A DNA stretch of 64,000 nt from Octopus vulgaris. Its lineage: Eukaryota. The DNA is taken from positions 89,280,001 through 89,344,000 of the forward strand of contig OX597825.1 in NCBI GenBank assembly GCA_951406725.2, read 5' to 3'. The position numbers and the translations under genes were made by a program. The notes below the pieces were generated by a model, which ran no database searches, was not told the origin of the DNA, and saw nothing but the letters and a program-made list of their open reading frames with translations. Of the stretch, positions 11,614 through 30,035 are shown piece by piece; positions within the stretch are counted from its first letter, which is position 1, and each line of letters opens with the position of its first letter.

Positions 11614-12285
11614 GTTTCAGTCTAAGGACTGTGGCCATACTGGGGCACCACCATTTACTTTGCTACACTTTCACTAAACCTCTTCTGATATGTGCCATTT
11701 GGTGGACGAGGGAGTTTGACGTTGTTGCCCTCATCTGTGTTTCTTGCTTTGAGGTTGGCTCATCCGGAACTTATGACAGAAGGGGTTCCAATTTTGTTTT
11801 GAAAAACCCTACGTGCCCTCCATGCAGGTCACTCTGGTTTTGTGGGAGGATATTGAAGAGTTGTGGGTCTTTGAAGCCCAAGTTGTAGCGGTTCCCGGTT
11901 CTTATCCTGATGGCAATGTTGGTTTTTTTTAGTATTATGCAGTGGTCTCCCGTCCTGATATTTATGCAACTGACAATACCAAAGGATTTCTAGGATTTTT
12001 CAGATGTATATTACCGCATATCTTTCCTTCCTTCGCTCGCGCAAGGAGAGTTTAACTCTTTCAGTCTCTCTCATTAGCTGATCTGTCACATTGTATTAAT
12101 ATTCTTCTTGTAGCTTCGCTGGATCATCTCGAGTTCCATCGTTAATTTTACAGTTTGTTGACCACAGGTAAGATTAGTAATCCAGACAGCCGAGAATGAA
12201 AATTCTCCAGTTGACCATCATGGTTTCTTTTTCTCTTGTATAGAAAGTTCGAAAGATTTATCTGGTCAATCGTCTGAATTTCGAT
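11614..12285 (-). mobile_element. LINE family A 3' part, older diverged copy
   Basis: Minus strand encodes LGFKDPQLFNILPQNQSDLHG; 3' hairpin motif ggtggtgccccagtatggccacagtccttagactgaaac. Confidence 0.85.
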
Positions 12286-12481
12286 ATATCAACATGTATT
12301 GCTTTCTTAAAATGTAGGTTTTTACCAAAGACGGGTATATTTTTAACAGAAACAGGGAGTCGAAATAAATTACGTATCATAAATCTACGCTTGTCTTTGA
12401 CAGTCAAATATTTTGATCGATTATTGAGATAAGAGTAACGTGTTTGGATCAGTTAATGGCTCAAATAGTATTTTTCAAGAC

Positions 12482-12517
<36 letters not shown>

Positions 12518-12518
<1 letters not shown>

Positions 12519-12747
12519 TTCTTTACTACCCACAAGGGGCTAAACACAGAGGGGACAAACAAGGACAGACAAAGGGATTTAAGTCGATTACATCGACTCC
12601 AATGCGTAATTGGTACTTAATTTATCGACCCCGAAAGAATGAAAGGCAAAGTCGACCTCGGCGGAATTTGAACTCGGAACGTAACGACAGACGAAATACG
12701 GCTACGCCTTTCGCCCGACATGCTAACGTTTCTGCCAGCTCGCCGCT
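12518..12747 (-). mobile_element. tRNA-derived SINE family S4 (OK-like)
   Basis: Head gcggcgagctggcagaaacgttagca, B-box gagttcaaattcc, conserved middle gtcgactttgcctttcattctttcggggtcgataaattaagtacc. Confidence 0.85.
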
Positions 12748-12751
12748 TTTA

Positions 12752-13500
<749 letters not shown>

Positions 13501-16099
13501 TTGAGAACCGGTGGCTGAAGAATTCAACGGGTCAAGCATCGGTCAATCATGTGGGTGAGGGTGCGTAGATGTTCTTTGTGACCGAGAATAAAGTTCTGAC
13601 TATTTAAAGAATATTGGATGTTTTATAAGGGGCGAGAAAAAATCTACTTAGAGACGTGTGTGTGTGTATACTGTTCTATATATGTGTGTGTTGGCGTAGG
13701 GGTAGAAAACATTTTTTGTGTACGTGTGTGCGTTTGATCGTTCGGCTGTCAGTGGCTACTGCCGTGATAACCGTTGGGTGGCAGAAAAAAAAAATATATA
13801 TATATATATATCATGTTTTATGTGTGTGTGTGTTCATCTAAGCCTGCCTTGTCAAGGAAACCCCCCGCTGTGAAAAAACCAAGCCCCGTTTGTCTTACAG
13901 GAGTAATTCCCCTTGCAGTGGTTAATCGTAGATATCTTAAAGGCTATTTCAGAATTTGTTACCAAGGGCTATGGGTGCCGGTATTATTTATAAACGCTAT
14001 TTAAAAGCCAGATAAGTGTAACGCCATATATATATATATATATATGCATGTGTGTGTGTGTGTGCGCGCGCGTTTGTTTGTATGATAGTTATCGGTACGG
14101 CATTGACACCCGCTAAGTCACGTTGACTTTACCTGGGTATTACGTTAAATTTATTCAAGGCCGTGGAGTGTTCACCAGAGTCATATATTAAGTCGATGAA
14201 CAATTAAGTTGATCGAACAACTGAAACCTCATCGCCCAATGCCTAGAAACCACCACCAACTGTCACAGAACACAAATTCCGATCTTAAATATACACAGCT
14301 ATGAACTAATTTTTAATGACATTACTCTAACAATGAATTTATTTGCACAATTTATAAGCGACTAACAGAATGGCAAAACATTTCCCTGCTGGTTTGTTAT
14401 AAACCATTACCAAAATAAAAACTGTACTTTTGTACTGAAGTTGTCGACTAACTTTAGATTATAAAAATTTCAAATAGTTATGTCAATTTGGAGAAAAAAA
14501 TCGATGTTGCAAAAGCAATGAATTACATTTAAAAGTTAGAATGGTTTAACTGGATAAAACGGCATCATTCATTGTCATTTGTGGAACGGTTGGAATCATG
14601 CACTTTAATTATTTAATTGTTATTAGCAGTAATAGGTTTGATAAAATGTAATAAAACAGAACTTAGTGACCAAGCCTATACGTAGCAATAATGCCATGTT
14701 GTTAAAAGTTAAGGGCAAAATAGATTACGTAGTTGTTGTCAATATAATGCACACTGTCAAATAGTCAAATAGCTGCTACATTGTTGATTTGAATCTAAAC
14801 AATAGCAACCAGAACATTTATGTTCCACTAAGGAAACTTAAGATACTTCAATTAAAATATAGATATACTGTTTTGCAAAATATCAAGTTCGATTTAGCTA
14901 TTCTCCCCATAACCTCGACAATATGACTTATTTTAAATAATACGGTTTTTATTCTGCTCTCTCTCACTCTCTCTCTCTCTCTCTCTCTCATGAAATACAA
15001 AAGTGGTTCCTAAATTTGAGATCAATATTCAATGATACAATTATGAACAAATTCTACAATTATCGATCTTGTTGAACCTCGAAATGGCGAAACACGGCCC
15101 CTTCCCTGAGACCCACGCATTTAGTAAACTAACGCCACATTTTGCCAAATGTTATGTTTGCATGGATCACCTACCCATATCGTGGAAGCAAAATTGACTA
15201 CAACTGTAGTTCACTTCAAGGCCCTCTACGGTAGCTTCTGTGTTTCATCATTCCTAAAAATGAGAGATTAGTTTGTGGATAGATTTTGATTTGGACACTT
15301 TAAGTTCCTACTTTCAGAGCTTTCAAAATTGATGTCATACGCCTTTCATCTCCAAATGTTTACGTATATAGAGTACCTACCAGTGCTGTCTAAGTTTGTT
15401 TTTAGCTGTCACAAGAAAAATAATTCTGACCTAGCAAGGCACATCTACAGGACTTCCTTTGTGATGTTGTGAAAAGTTGACACTCGTAGGTGGAGCATGA
15501 TAATACTGAAGCACTTTTGTTCTTTCCGCACAAAATTTTCCATACCAAGAAAATTCTAGGTATGGAAAATTTGTTGAGGAGAACTCTCTCGAAAGATGAG
15601 GATGTGTCAGTGGTTGCTTCGATTTGAGAAATATGTCCTTGTGTTGTTATCGTGATTGCCTGTGACTCCGTGATTTTCTGATTTCCTTCCTTTTTTCGTC
15701 TTTTTTTTTTTTTTTGCATTATAGATAATGTGATTGTTTGTGCGTTCATTAAGATTTTAGTTTACTTTTTATTGTTCATGCAACAGCCTTGCTTTGTTTT
15801 GGATGTTGTGTCCAGAAACGTTATGTTATTACAGTCAAAACTCATTGTTGTCTAAATCAGGTACAGTATAGAAATTTTAAATCTTCACTAATAGTTTAGG
15901 CTGAAATCCAAAATGAAAAAAAACTATTCCTTTAGGTAAAATCCAGAAACATTTAAAGAAGAAAATAGTCGGTTATGCCAACCCTTGTAAAATATTAGTA
16001 TCTTATATTATCGCCCTCGAAATAATAGGCGGGCTACGTTACCTTCAGCACGATTTGAACACCAAGCACAGAAAGCAGTAACAAACATGGCATTTCATT

Positions 16100-16842
16100 A
16101 TATCCAGCACTTTAATGATTTTGCAAATGCTCCGCCAATAACAGAAATTCTTTCAACTCTTGGCACAAAGTCTGGAATCTGGGAAATCGATTTTATCGCT
16201 TCCAGTACTAATTTCATCCAAGCCGAATGGATTTTCGAATGGATGTTTTGCAGGAAAGATGTATCTATATTCTAAATCAAATATCTCACGTTCGACTTCG
16301 GAAAGTCGAGCTTCGTGGCTTTTGAACTCAGAACGTTAATAATAATCCTTTCTACTAAAAGCACAACGCCTGATATTTTAGGGTGGGGCTAATCGAACGT
16401 ATCGACCCCAGTGTTTTCACGGGTACTTAATTTATCAGTTCCGAAAGGATGAAAAGCACAGTCGACTTCGGCGGAATTTGAACTTAGAGCATGAGCAGGG
16501 ACGAAATGTCGTTCGGTATTTCACCTGGAGTGCTACCAATTCTGCCAGGTCACCGTCTTAATAATAATAATAAAAAAGTCACAAGACTTGGACTACTGGA
16601 AGACCGAAATAGTCGCTTGCATTGAACCCACTACGCAACTGCTACTTATTTTATCGACTTTTGTGGGGATGGGTCTAGTCGATTGCATCAAAACCTGCAT
16701 TCCACTAGTATTTATTTTATAAACTCCGAAAGAATGAAAGGAAATGCCGATTTCGACAGAATTTGAACTCAGGGCGTAACGACGGACGAAATGCTGCGAA
16801 ATGTCTTCCTTGGGGTGCTAGCGATTCGTCAGCTCACTGCAT
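16100..16842 (-). mobile_element. Cluster of 3-4 diverged SINE S4 copies
   Basis: Repeated gtcgacttcggcggaatttgaact and gaaaggatgaaa motifs separated by (TAA)n. Confidence 0.75.
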
Positions 16843-16884
16843 TAGTAATGATAATAATGAGAAGAAGAAGAAGTAGAAGACATT

Positions 16885-17417
16885 TGGTATCAACTGAATG
16901 GAAGTATTATCATGTAAACGTTTTGTCTTGGTACAAAATGATGGGCTACAGCAAATATTCGGCTCAATACTATACAGATTCGCTTATCAGTTGCTTAACC
17001 TTAACCAGTTCAGGATGTCCCTTAGTGGCTGACGATATGTGCATCTCTCATCACGAGCAGAAGTAATGGGGGAGCATCATAGCCGTGATTTGTGAGGAAT
17101 TCTTTGGGTTTGAATAATTTACCTCCAGAAACATTGGTGTTTCATTCATCATCCTTAAACCAACTATATTCAGGGACCTTTTGAGCGAGATGGGCTACTC
17201 AACCTGAAGAAAATTCTAACTGGGCTTCAATCTGCAAGGGCATGCGCTGTTTATCTTGATATGATATCACCATGTCGCGCTCGTATGGTTGTGAGGCATG
17301 CGCCTAGTGTACCCTTATCAGTGGGTAGTCATTATGGGTATTCTGGGCTTCATGTATTTGTACCCTGGTGTCACTTTGATGGCATGCGCTTCTCCCTCAC
17401 TCAATGATAAGAATAAT
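16885..17417. repeat. Unclassified interspersed repeat bounded by (TAA)n-like runs
   Basis: GC-richer block between taa/gaa repeats; resembles an abundant octopus repeat from memory only. Confidence 0.35.
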
Positions 17418-19319
17418 TCAAAATTTTTAATAATACCCTAGTAAATTCGTTTGATTATTTTCCTTTAAAATTTTGCCAGATACTTCTACGTTTAAAGATT
17501 GTGCTCATCTGCACTTGTGGTGTTTGCACGAATTTGTTTGTGTTGATATTTCTACGTATCCCTTGAAATACATAGGCTTTCCGTTGCTGATGCGCGTTAA
17601 CGCGCCTCAAGTGTTGTTTGTTTTTTGCTAATTTGTTCCCTTGAATAACATTAATGTTTATTCAATATTTATGTTCCGGTATACTATCGATTTCACGACT
17701 ATTGTTTGCAGGAAGAAAATTTTTGCTTGTAATGTGAAACCGGAACTGGGAATATTTTGAGACAGAGTTACAGCTGTCCCAGAACACATTACACTGAGAA
17801 CAATGAAAGTTACGCTATTTGCTTTCAATGCAACGCGAATCTAGACAATATGGTAGATTTTTAATTCACCGCTCACCCTAACACCACCTCCTACACTGAC
17901 TTTTGTAGAATATAGGCTGTAGCAAGCAACCGGCCTTAGTTTTCAATCTCAAGGCGTCTAGTTTCGTTTCTTCTACCATACATCAAATATAATCCTTGGT
18001 TCTGACCCTCCCTCTGTAGAAATTAGAAAAAAAAATTTGCTAACTAATCTCATATGTTAGAATACGTGGTGATATTTATTTTTATATTGTTAGGATTAAC
18101 AATAAATGCATATTCATAATATATATGATATTTCTCATGTATATTTTAAATATGCAAGGAATATATGGAAATGTGTGTCGTTCATTCTTTGCCAAGTGCA
18201 TTTTAGCAATAAAAAAAAACTGGGGAAATGATACAATTGTGTAATTTGAACCATCTAGCTTACAATGTGCTTTACGATACTCACATAAAAATTATCGCTA
18301 TTTTAATCATTATTCATGATTTGGAGATTAATGGTTTCGGTCTTGTCCATTGTTTAGCAAAGCAATTTTTTTGTATTTCAGCTTTGGTTTCCGTAACAAC
18401 TGTTCCACGTATTATGGCGCCAGTATATCGAAAATTGCCTCTATCACTTCAGTCATCATATGAAATTTAATTCATATCAATAGGAAGAACGATTTCCTAG
18501 CGAATTATTTGCTTGGTTAATTCTTTTCCTATTCAGAATGGCAAATGTTTTATGTTTTTCATTTGAAAAGAAATTTACAATTATGTAAAGCATTCTGCGG
18601 GGAAATAAAAATCAATAAGATATCCTGAGGATAACCTATTAAATATCTTAATATTTAAATATCCTGGAGCATTCAATAGAAACCAAAAGGATTGCTAAAG
18701 AAAACTACACAAGACGAAAAAAAAAAGGATAGAAATGATAATTCTGAAAACAAATTATTTCGTTCGCTATAAAATTCTAGTCATTTTTTATATTTTTCAT
18801 ATATCGTCTTAATTGTAGAAATTTTCAATGGATCAGGTAAACATAAAACCACAAATACATTCGATCAATAAAGAGTTTTGATAGATTCAGACATTTATTT
18901 GTTATGCAATTTTTATAAGCAGGGTATTGTGCGGAAAATTTACTTTCTATCTTTGTATATTTTTTAGTTGTTTATTTTTTGTTGTTCCTTTGTTGTCTTT
19001 GCATTGCACGCCAGGTAAATTTATTGGCAAATCAATATAAAAAAATCCAAGTTATCTATGATCTTGTAAAATTTATGAGTGATAATGTTGGAGTGTCTCC
19101 CGATAAATATCCATTTCATGATAGGTTTGTGAGTAAAGTTACTGAGGCATAGGGCAGTGTATTGTTTTCTATATTCACAAATTATTGACATGGTTAAATG
19201 ACAATCGCTTACAACAAAAAACATTAGCACTAATTGTTACTTTAGTAGAAAAGAAAAACATAAAGGCTAAATTCTACAGCGCTTAACGTTGAGGTAAGTC
19301 AATGGAGAAATACATTAGA

Positions 19320-19399
<80 letters not shown>

Positions 19400-19475
19400 A
19401 TATATACATAATATATATATATAGATATATATATATGTATATATACATAATATATATATATATATGTATATATAC

Positions 19476-19521
<46 letters not shown>

Positions 19522-19539
19522 ATATGTATATATATGTAT

Positions 19540-19888
19540 ACTCTATTACTCTTTACTCTTTTACTTGTTTCAGTCATTTGACTGCGGCCATGCTGGAGCA
19601 CCGCCTTTAGTCGAGCAAATCGACCCCGGGACTTATTCTTTGTAAGCCCAGTACTTATTCTATCGGTCTCTTTTGCCGAACCGCTAAGTGACGGGGACGT
19701 AAACACACCAGCATCGGTTGTCAAGCAATGCTAGGGGGACAAACACAGACACACAAACACACACACACACATATATATATATACATATATACGACAGGCT
19801 TCTTTCAGGTTCCGTCTACCAAATCCACTCACAAGGTATTGGTCGGCCCGGGGCTATAGCAGAAGACACTTGCCCAAGATGCCACGCA
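19540..19888 (-). mobile_element. CORE-type SINE family S1 (OR-like), head truncated
   Basis: gcgtggcatcttgggcaagtgtcttct core, internal (TG)n/(TA)n, LINE-A-like 3' tail, (AAGAGTA)n end. Confidence 0.85.
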
Positions 19889-19917
19889 TAATATATATAT
19901 ATATATATATATATATG

Positions 19918-19953
<36 letters not shown>

Positions 19954-20034
19954 CAATTGCAGCGTGGGAGGTGTTTATAAGCCATTTAAGAAACACACAA
20001 AAGCCGTTCGATTCACTCCAACATTTAAGTTTAA

Positions 20035-20084
20035 TTTGTCAAAATATTTTTGTCGCTAAAATCCGCGACCTGTTCACTGACAAA
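20035..20084 (-). ncRNA. H4 hammerhead copy with G12A substitution (likely inactive)
   Basis: Same as 20356-20405 but gcgacAAAA instead of gcgacGAAA. Confidence 0.55.
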
Positions 20085-20133
20085 GTCCGTGCTGCATCTA
20101 AGAAAGTAACAGTTAGTTCGTGTCATATATATG

Positions 20134-20172
<39 letters not shown>

Positions 20173-20355
20173 GGAGCATTATAAACCATCCACAAATTGT
20201 ATGTCAAATTATCGAGCCCCGCAGCTGCTGCATTAGTATGTACGTATGTATGTGTGTATGTATGCATACATGTGTGTATGTATGTATACATACATACATA
20301 CGTACATACATATATATGACGAACTAACTGTTACTTTCTTAGATGCAGCACGGAC

Positions 20356-20405
20356 TTTGTCAGTGAACAGGTCGCGGATTTTAGCGACGAAAATATTTTG
20401 ACAAA
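20356..20405 (+). ncRNA. Hammerhead motif with G3-C8 covariant core (family H4)
   Basis: tttgtca-GTGAACA-g-gtcgc(ggatttta)gcgac-GAAA-atat-TT-tgacaaa: 7-bp stem I, 5-bp stem II, palindromic stem III. Confidence 0.7.
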
Positions 20406-20543
20406 TTAAACTTAAATGTTGGAGTGAATCGAACGGCTTTTGTGTGTTTCTTAAATGGCTTATAAACACCTCCCACGCTGCAATTGTTTTCGTTTCAGCA
20501 CACGATCTCAGATCAAATTACTTGCTATGCGAGTACATCTCCG

Positions 20544-20616
<73 letters not shown>

Positions 20617-20642
20617 GTATAATATATATATATATATATATA

Positions 20643-23650
<3,008 letters not shown>

Positions 23651-23717
23651 TATATATATGTATATATATATAATATATATATATATCTATACAATATGTT
23701 ACATTACTCGGTAGTCA

Positions 23718-23780
23718 AGATAAAACTCTGAGTTTCAGATGCCGAAGTGGAAATCCACAACACCATCTCTTCGGTTATCT
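23718..23780 (-). ncRNA. Penelope pLTR hammerhead-like motif, mirror copy
   Basis: Reverse complement of 26809-26871. Confidence 0.6.
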
Positions 23781-23974
23781 GGCTATTTGAAAACGTTATG
23801 AAAAAATACCGTTAAAAATGAAGGGAAATTACTCTGTTATAACTCTGCTTTGCCTGCGTACTTATACATCGCTCGCATTTTTCGTCATAAAAATTATATA
23901 AAAATACATATAAATATATAAAAATATATAAAAATATATAAAATCTTCTTGGGACATAACACAGAAAGCATGTT

Positions 23975-25719
23975 CTATCCGTTTTCTTTAGGGGACCAAA
24001 AACGTAACAGAAATTTAGTCACATGTGGGCATGATCCGAAAAGCTCTGTCCTTGTATTTAGACATGTGGTAGGGTCTAAGCTGCTTTTCCAGATAAGCCA
24101 TCTCTCCATGTCGCATAAACCGCACCTTCCGCTGCCGTTAGTATAGGGCTTACATCTGGCCAAAATCTTCCATTGTATGTTATAATCGACACCTTTATCT
24201 CTTAAAGACCAAATATGATTGGATAATTGTGTCGCTTTTCTTTTGTTCCAGTGCCTAAAGCTCAAAGTGTGGTTATTGAACCTGGCCTTGAAATTACCCT
24301 CTGTCAGGCCCACGTATTTCTTCGTCGAAACGGTGTCTTTAGTGGTTATAGAGTTTACGGTAGCTTCATATATGATGGTCTTGGACATGCAAGCTCCATT
24401 TAGCGGGCACAATTCTTTATTCCTGCATGAACAGCTGTTTTCTTCTTGTGTTTTTTGTATGTTATGATTGATTATGTTTTTAAAATTGGTAGTTGAACTA
24501 AAACTAATTTTTAAATTGTGTCTATTGAAGAGTTTCCTATAAGCATGGTTAACTGGAAAATGTCTATCTATCAGTGCTAGGAAATATTTACCTATATTGA
24601 AGGCCACCAGATGACCTTCCTATTTCTATTATTCCTTTTCCTTATTGTTGGGCTGGTGATAGGTGTATATTTTATTTTTTCGCTAAAACCACTATCTTTT
24701 AAAGCTTTATTATAAACTGGGGCAACGCTATTGAAGATGTCCTCATTAGATGAGAGGCTAGAAATCCTCTTACTAATATTTTTAACTAAATTTTTGAATA
24801 CTATAGGGGGATTGCATGAACCTACATTAATATAACTTAGTCTATCATTGGGCTTCCTATAAGGCTTATAAATATTATTATTAAGATCTAAGGAAACGTC
24901 TAAGAAATTGACAACCGTCAGGTTAGTGTCTATAGTTATACTAAGTCCGAAGTGTTTCATTAACTGGATAATATCCTTCCTAAAACGATCTTGTGCTGGT
25001 CCATTTGTAATAGCTGTTAAGGCGAGGGCATCATCTTTGTAGATGGCGAAATGTACGTTAGGGAATGTCTTACTGAAGGTATCTAGGAGAAAGAGTCCAA
25101 TTAGATCACAGATGCCTGCCCCATCATATGAACCCATGCTCACATCGAAAGCGCCCTCCGTGTCGGTGTTTTTTACCCACTTTGCATTCTCACTGAAAAG
25201 TAATGTCTTTCTAGCATGGAAGATTATATCCTTATCATTGGTACTAATTTCTATGAAGTCACTAGCGAAGATTAGGGCTTTATCTAGCAGTTCTTTAGAG
25301 ATAGAGGCATAAAAATCAACAATATCGAATTGTGTAAACCTCGCTTTTTTCTTATTCTTAATAGCTTTAAACCAGTCTACGACTTCTATACTATTGGACC
25401 ATTGCACTAGCCTAGTATCGGTCTTAATTTTCGTATTTATTTTATCTAAAATTTCTTTGCTAATAATCCCTAGTTCTGACTTGGCTGGGTTGATAAGCCT
25501 ACATTTAGGATTGGAAAGGAAGTTTTCTTTGTGGTCTTTAATAGTAATAAAGGCCTCTTTTTGGGGGAGGGTTTCTATTTTTTTATCTAATTTAAGTTTA
25601 GCGGCGATGACGCTAGCTTCTCTATTAATTTCGTTATATGTCTGTGCCCTAGCATTAGTATAATTATTAATGATGCTGTTGTGTAAGAGTTGTGTGTATT
25701 TGCTGTTATCTACCAGGTA
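23975..25719 (-). pseudogene. Penelope RT plus GIY-YIG endonuclease, 5'-truncated, one frameshift
   Basis: FITIKDHKENF, CRLINPAKSELG, QFDIVDFY, SMGSYDGA, IYKDD, NFLDV, YRKPN, then CSCR..CPLNGAC, IIYEA, YVGLTEGNFKARFNNH, CGLC. Confidence 0.92.
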
Positions 25720-25720
25720 T

Positions 25721-26614
25721 AGACTAAGTTATATTAATGTAGGTTCATGCCATCCCCCTATAGTATTCAAAAATTTAGTTAAAAATATTAGTAAGAGGAT
25801 TTCTAGCCTCTCATCTAATGAGGACATCTTCAATAGCGTTGCCCCAGTTTATAATAAAGCTTTAAAAGATAGTGGTTTTAGCGAAAAAATAAAATATACA
25901 CCTATCACCAGCCCAACAATAAGGAAAAGGAATAATAGAAATAGGAAGGTCATCTGGTTTACGCCCCCTTACTCACCCGAGGTGGCCTTCAATATAGGTA
26001 AATATTTCCTAGCACTGATAGATAGACATTTTCCAGTTAACCATGCTTATAGGAAACTCTTCAATAGACACAATTTAAAAATTAGTTTTAGTTCAACTAC
26101 CAATTTTAAAAACATAATCAATCATAACATACAAAAAACACAAGAAGAAAACAGCTGTTCATGCAGGAATAAAGAATTGTGCCCGCTAAATGGAGCTTGC
26201 ATGTCCAAGACCATCATATATGAAGCTACCGTAAACTCTATAACCACTAAAGACACCGTTTCGACGAAGAAATACGTGGGCCTGACAGAGGGTAATTTCA
26301 AGGCCAGGTTCAATAACCACACTTTGAGCTTTAGGCACTGGAACAAAAGAAAAGCGACACAATTATCCAATCATATTTGGTCTTTAAGAGATAAAGGTGT
26401 CGATTATAACATACAATGGAAGATTTTGGCCAGATGTAAGCCCTATACTAACGGCAGCGGAAGGTGCGGTTTATGCGACATGGAGAGATGGCTTATCTGG
26501 AAAAGCAGCTTAGACCCTACCACATGTCTAAATACAAGGACAGAGCTTTTCGGATCATGCCCACATGTGACTAAATTTCTGTTACGTTTTTGGTCCCCTA
26601 AAGAAAACGGATAG
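25721..26614 (+). CDS. Penelope C-terminal part (thumb/linker plus intact GIY-YIG), no native start
   Basis: Open frame HPPIVFK..WFTPPYS..CSCR..CPL..YVGLTE..FKARFNNH..CGLC. The first residues of the ORF-track call come from the opposite-strand RT. Confidence 0.8.
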   Translation, partial: RLSYINVGSCHPPIVFKNLVKNISKRISSLSSNEDIFNSVAPVYNKALKDSGFSEKIKYTPITSPTIRKRNNRNRKVIWFTPPYSPEVAFNIGKYFLALIDRHFPVNHAYRKLFNRHNLKISFSSTTNFKNIINHNIQKTQEENSCSCRNKELCPLNGACMSKTIIYEATVNSITTKDTVSTKKYVGLTEGNFKARFNNHTLSFRHWNKRKATQLSNHIWSLRDKGVDYNIQWKILARCKPYTNGSGRCGLCDMERWLIWKSSLDPTTCLNTRTELFGSCPHVTKFLLRFWSPKENG

Positions 26615-26808
26615 AACATGCTTTCTGTGTTATGTCCCAAGAAGATTTTATATATTTTTATATATTTTTATATATTTATATGTATTTTTATATAATTTTT
26701 ATGACGAAAAATGCGAGCGATGTATAAGTACGCAGGCAAAGCAGAGTTATAACAGAGTAATTTCCCTTCATTTTTAACGGTATTTTTTCATAACGTTTTC
26801 AAATAGCC

Positions 26809-26871
26809 AGATAACCGAAGAGATGGTGTTGTGGATTTCCACTTCGGCATCTGAAACTCAGAGTTTTATCT
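26809..26871 (+). ncRNA. Penelope pLTR hammerhead-like motif (C4 variant, extra U before GAAA)
   Basis: agataa-CCGAAGA-gatg...catc-t-GAAA-ctcagag-TT-ttatct; 6-bp stem I; near-palindromic ACTCAGAGT stem III; lies 3' of the ORF as expected for PLE HHRs. Confidence 0.6.
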
Positions 26872-26972
26872 TGACTACCGAGTAATGTAACATATTGTAT
26901 AGATAAATTTCCTCTATTTACATAATATTGAGGTCTCTTTCTTTCTTTTGTTATCTTACCGTTTTATCAATA

Positions 26973-28236
<1,264 letters not shown>

Positions 28237-30035
28237 ATGTGTTTCTCCACACCGGACATAAACATGATACACAAACACTTCATGGCCATAATACAAGCCA
28301 TATGTGACAAATATGTCCCAGTGTGCAGGGCCAGCACTCACAAGAACAAAAACAGGATCCCTAGAGAAAGGAGGATTCTTATGAGACGACGGACAAGGAT
28401 TGCGAACCGCCTGAGCAAGCACACCAAAAGTGGTGAGAAGTCTCGGCTCGAAAGAATGCTAATGGAAACTGAGAAAAGTCTACATCAGTCCCATGAAAAG
28501 GAGAGAGCAGATAAAAAGCTTCGGTAATATAAAATATAAAATCAAACCCTAAACCTTTCTTTATGTTTGCCAAAGAGACAGCCACAGTGCACCAGAGAAT
28601 AGGACTTCTCTTTCAAAAAGATGTCCCTCTCACAGGAAATCCCACGAGGATAAGTGAAATACTGAACGAACAGTTCCAAAGTGTGTTCACTACACCTCCT
28701 AGGACACAGGCAAGTAAACAACCCTGAGGAATTCTTTGCCACTTTACCTGCGGCCAAAGAGGCAAAAATTGAGTATATCAACATCGAAGATGATGATATC
28801 ACCATAGCCATAGATGAGATTGACACAAACTCAGCTGCTGGACCTGATGGATTCCCAGCGATCCTTCTCAAAACGTGCAAACGAGCCCTTGCAAAACCGC
28901 TACAGCTTCTTTTTCAGAGCTTTCTTGCAAGTGGTAAGCTCCCAGTCAAATTGAAAGAGGGGGTAATATGCCCTATCCATAAGGGAGGTAGCAGATCAGA
29001 TGCTAAAAATTATAGGCCTATCTCTCTGACCTCACACATCAGCAAAGTCATGGAACGAATAGTCTGTAAGAAACTAATCATGTTCCTTGAAGAAAATGAC
29101 TTGCTGTCTGACACCCAGCATGGATTTCGACCAGGTAGAGGCTGCCTAACACAGCTCCTACAACACTATGACTGGGTGTTGAAACAGCTACTAAATGGCT
29201 CAAATGTGGATGTAATATATCTCGACTTTGAAAAAGCCTTTGATAAAGTCGACCATGGTATGATCTGTCACAAACTGCGTGGTCTCGGCATAGGCGGGAA
29301 ACTTGGAGAGTGGCTGCACAACTTCCTAAAAGACAGAAAACAGGCAGTTGTGAGCAATGAAGCCACCTCCAAGGAAACGCAAATAACAAGTGGTGTCCCA
29401 CAGGGCACTATCTTGGGGACACTGATGTTCATAGTGGCCCTTTCAGACATGCCTTCAGTTGCTACGATGACCACCCTTGCTAGCTATGCAGATGACACAC
29501 AAGTCTCCCACGCAATACAAAACCCTGAAAATATTGCGCATCTGCAACATGAGCTGGACACAATATACAGGTGGGCTGAGGACAACAACATGCAGTTTAA
29601 TGCAGGTAAGTTGCAGACCCTGCGCTACTGGCACACAAAGGTAAATGACGTGAAGACTGGATACACTGGCCCAGGAAGAATTGCAATCCCTGAGTCAAAA
29701 TCAGTGCGTGACCTGGGCATTGACATGAGCAATGATACTGCAACAGCTTGGGTTTCAGAGGACCACAGCTCTTTAACATCCTCCCTAAATGCCTGAGAGA
29801 CTTACATGGCGTGGATGTGGGTTTCTTTTAAACTAAGCTGGATCCCTTCTTGTTGGGAGTCCCAGATGAACCTACCTCAAGACAGGAGACGAGGATGCGG
29901 GCAGCGGCATCGAACTCCCTTGTTGATCGAGTGCCACGTATCAGAGGTGGATTCACAAACTAGTGTAGCTCATTCAGCGGTGGTGCCCCAGCATAGCCGC
30001 GGCCTTCGTGCTAAAACATTTTTAAGGATTTAAGG

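Larger units (their letters stand above)
19952..20548. mobile_element. Non-coding PLE-like element H4 with 170-bp inverted arms and tail
   Basis: 19952-20121 is the reverse complement of 20319-20488; tail 20489-20548; TA flanks. Confidence 0.8.

Noticed and set aside
16290-16780. Recurring ~30-bp motif with variable spacers, superficially CRISPR-like
   Set aside because: Irregular spacing, divergent copies, matches SINE S4, eukaryotic context and no cas genes.
25670-25720. ATG start of the 314-aa ORF as a standalone GIY-YIG gene
   Set aside because: The N-terminus is the antisense of the RT, fused by chance at the inversion junction.
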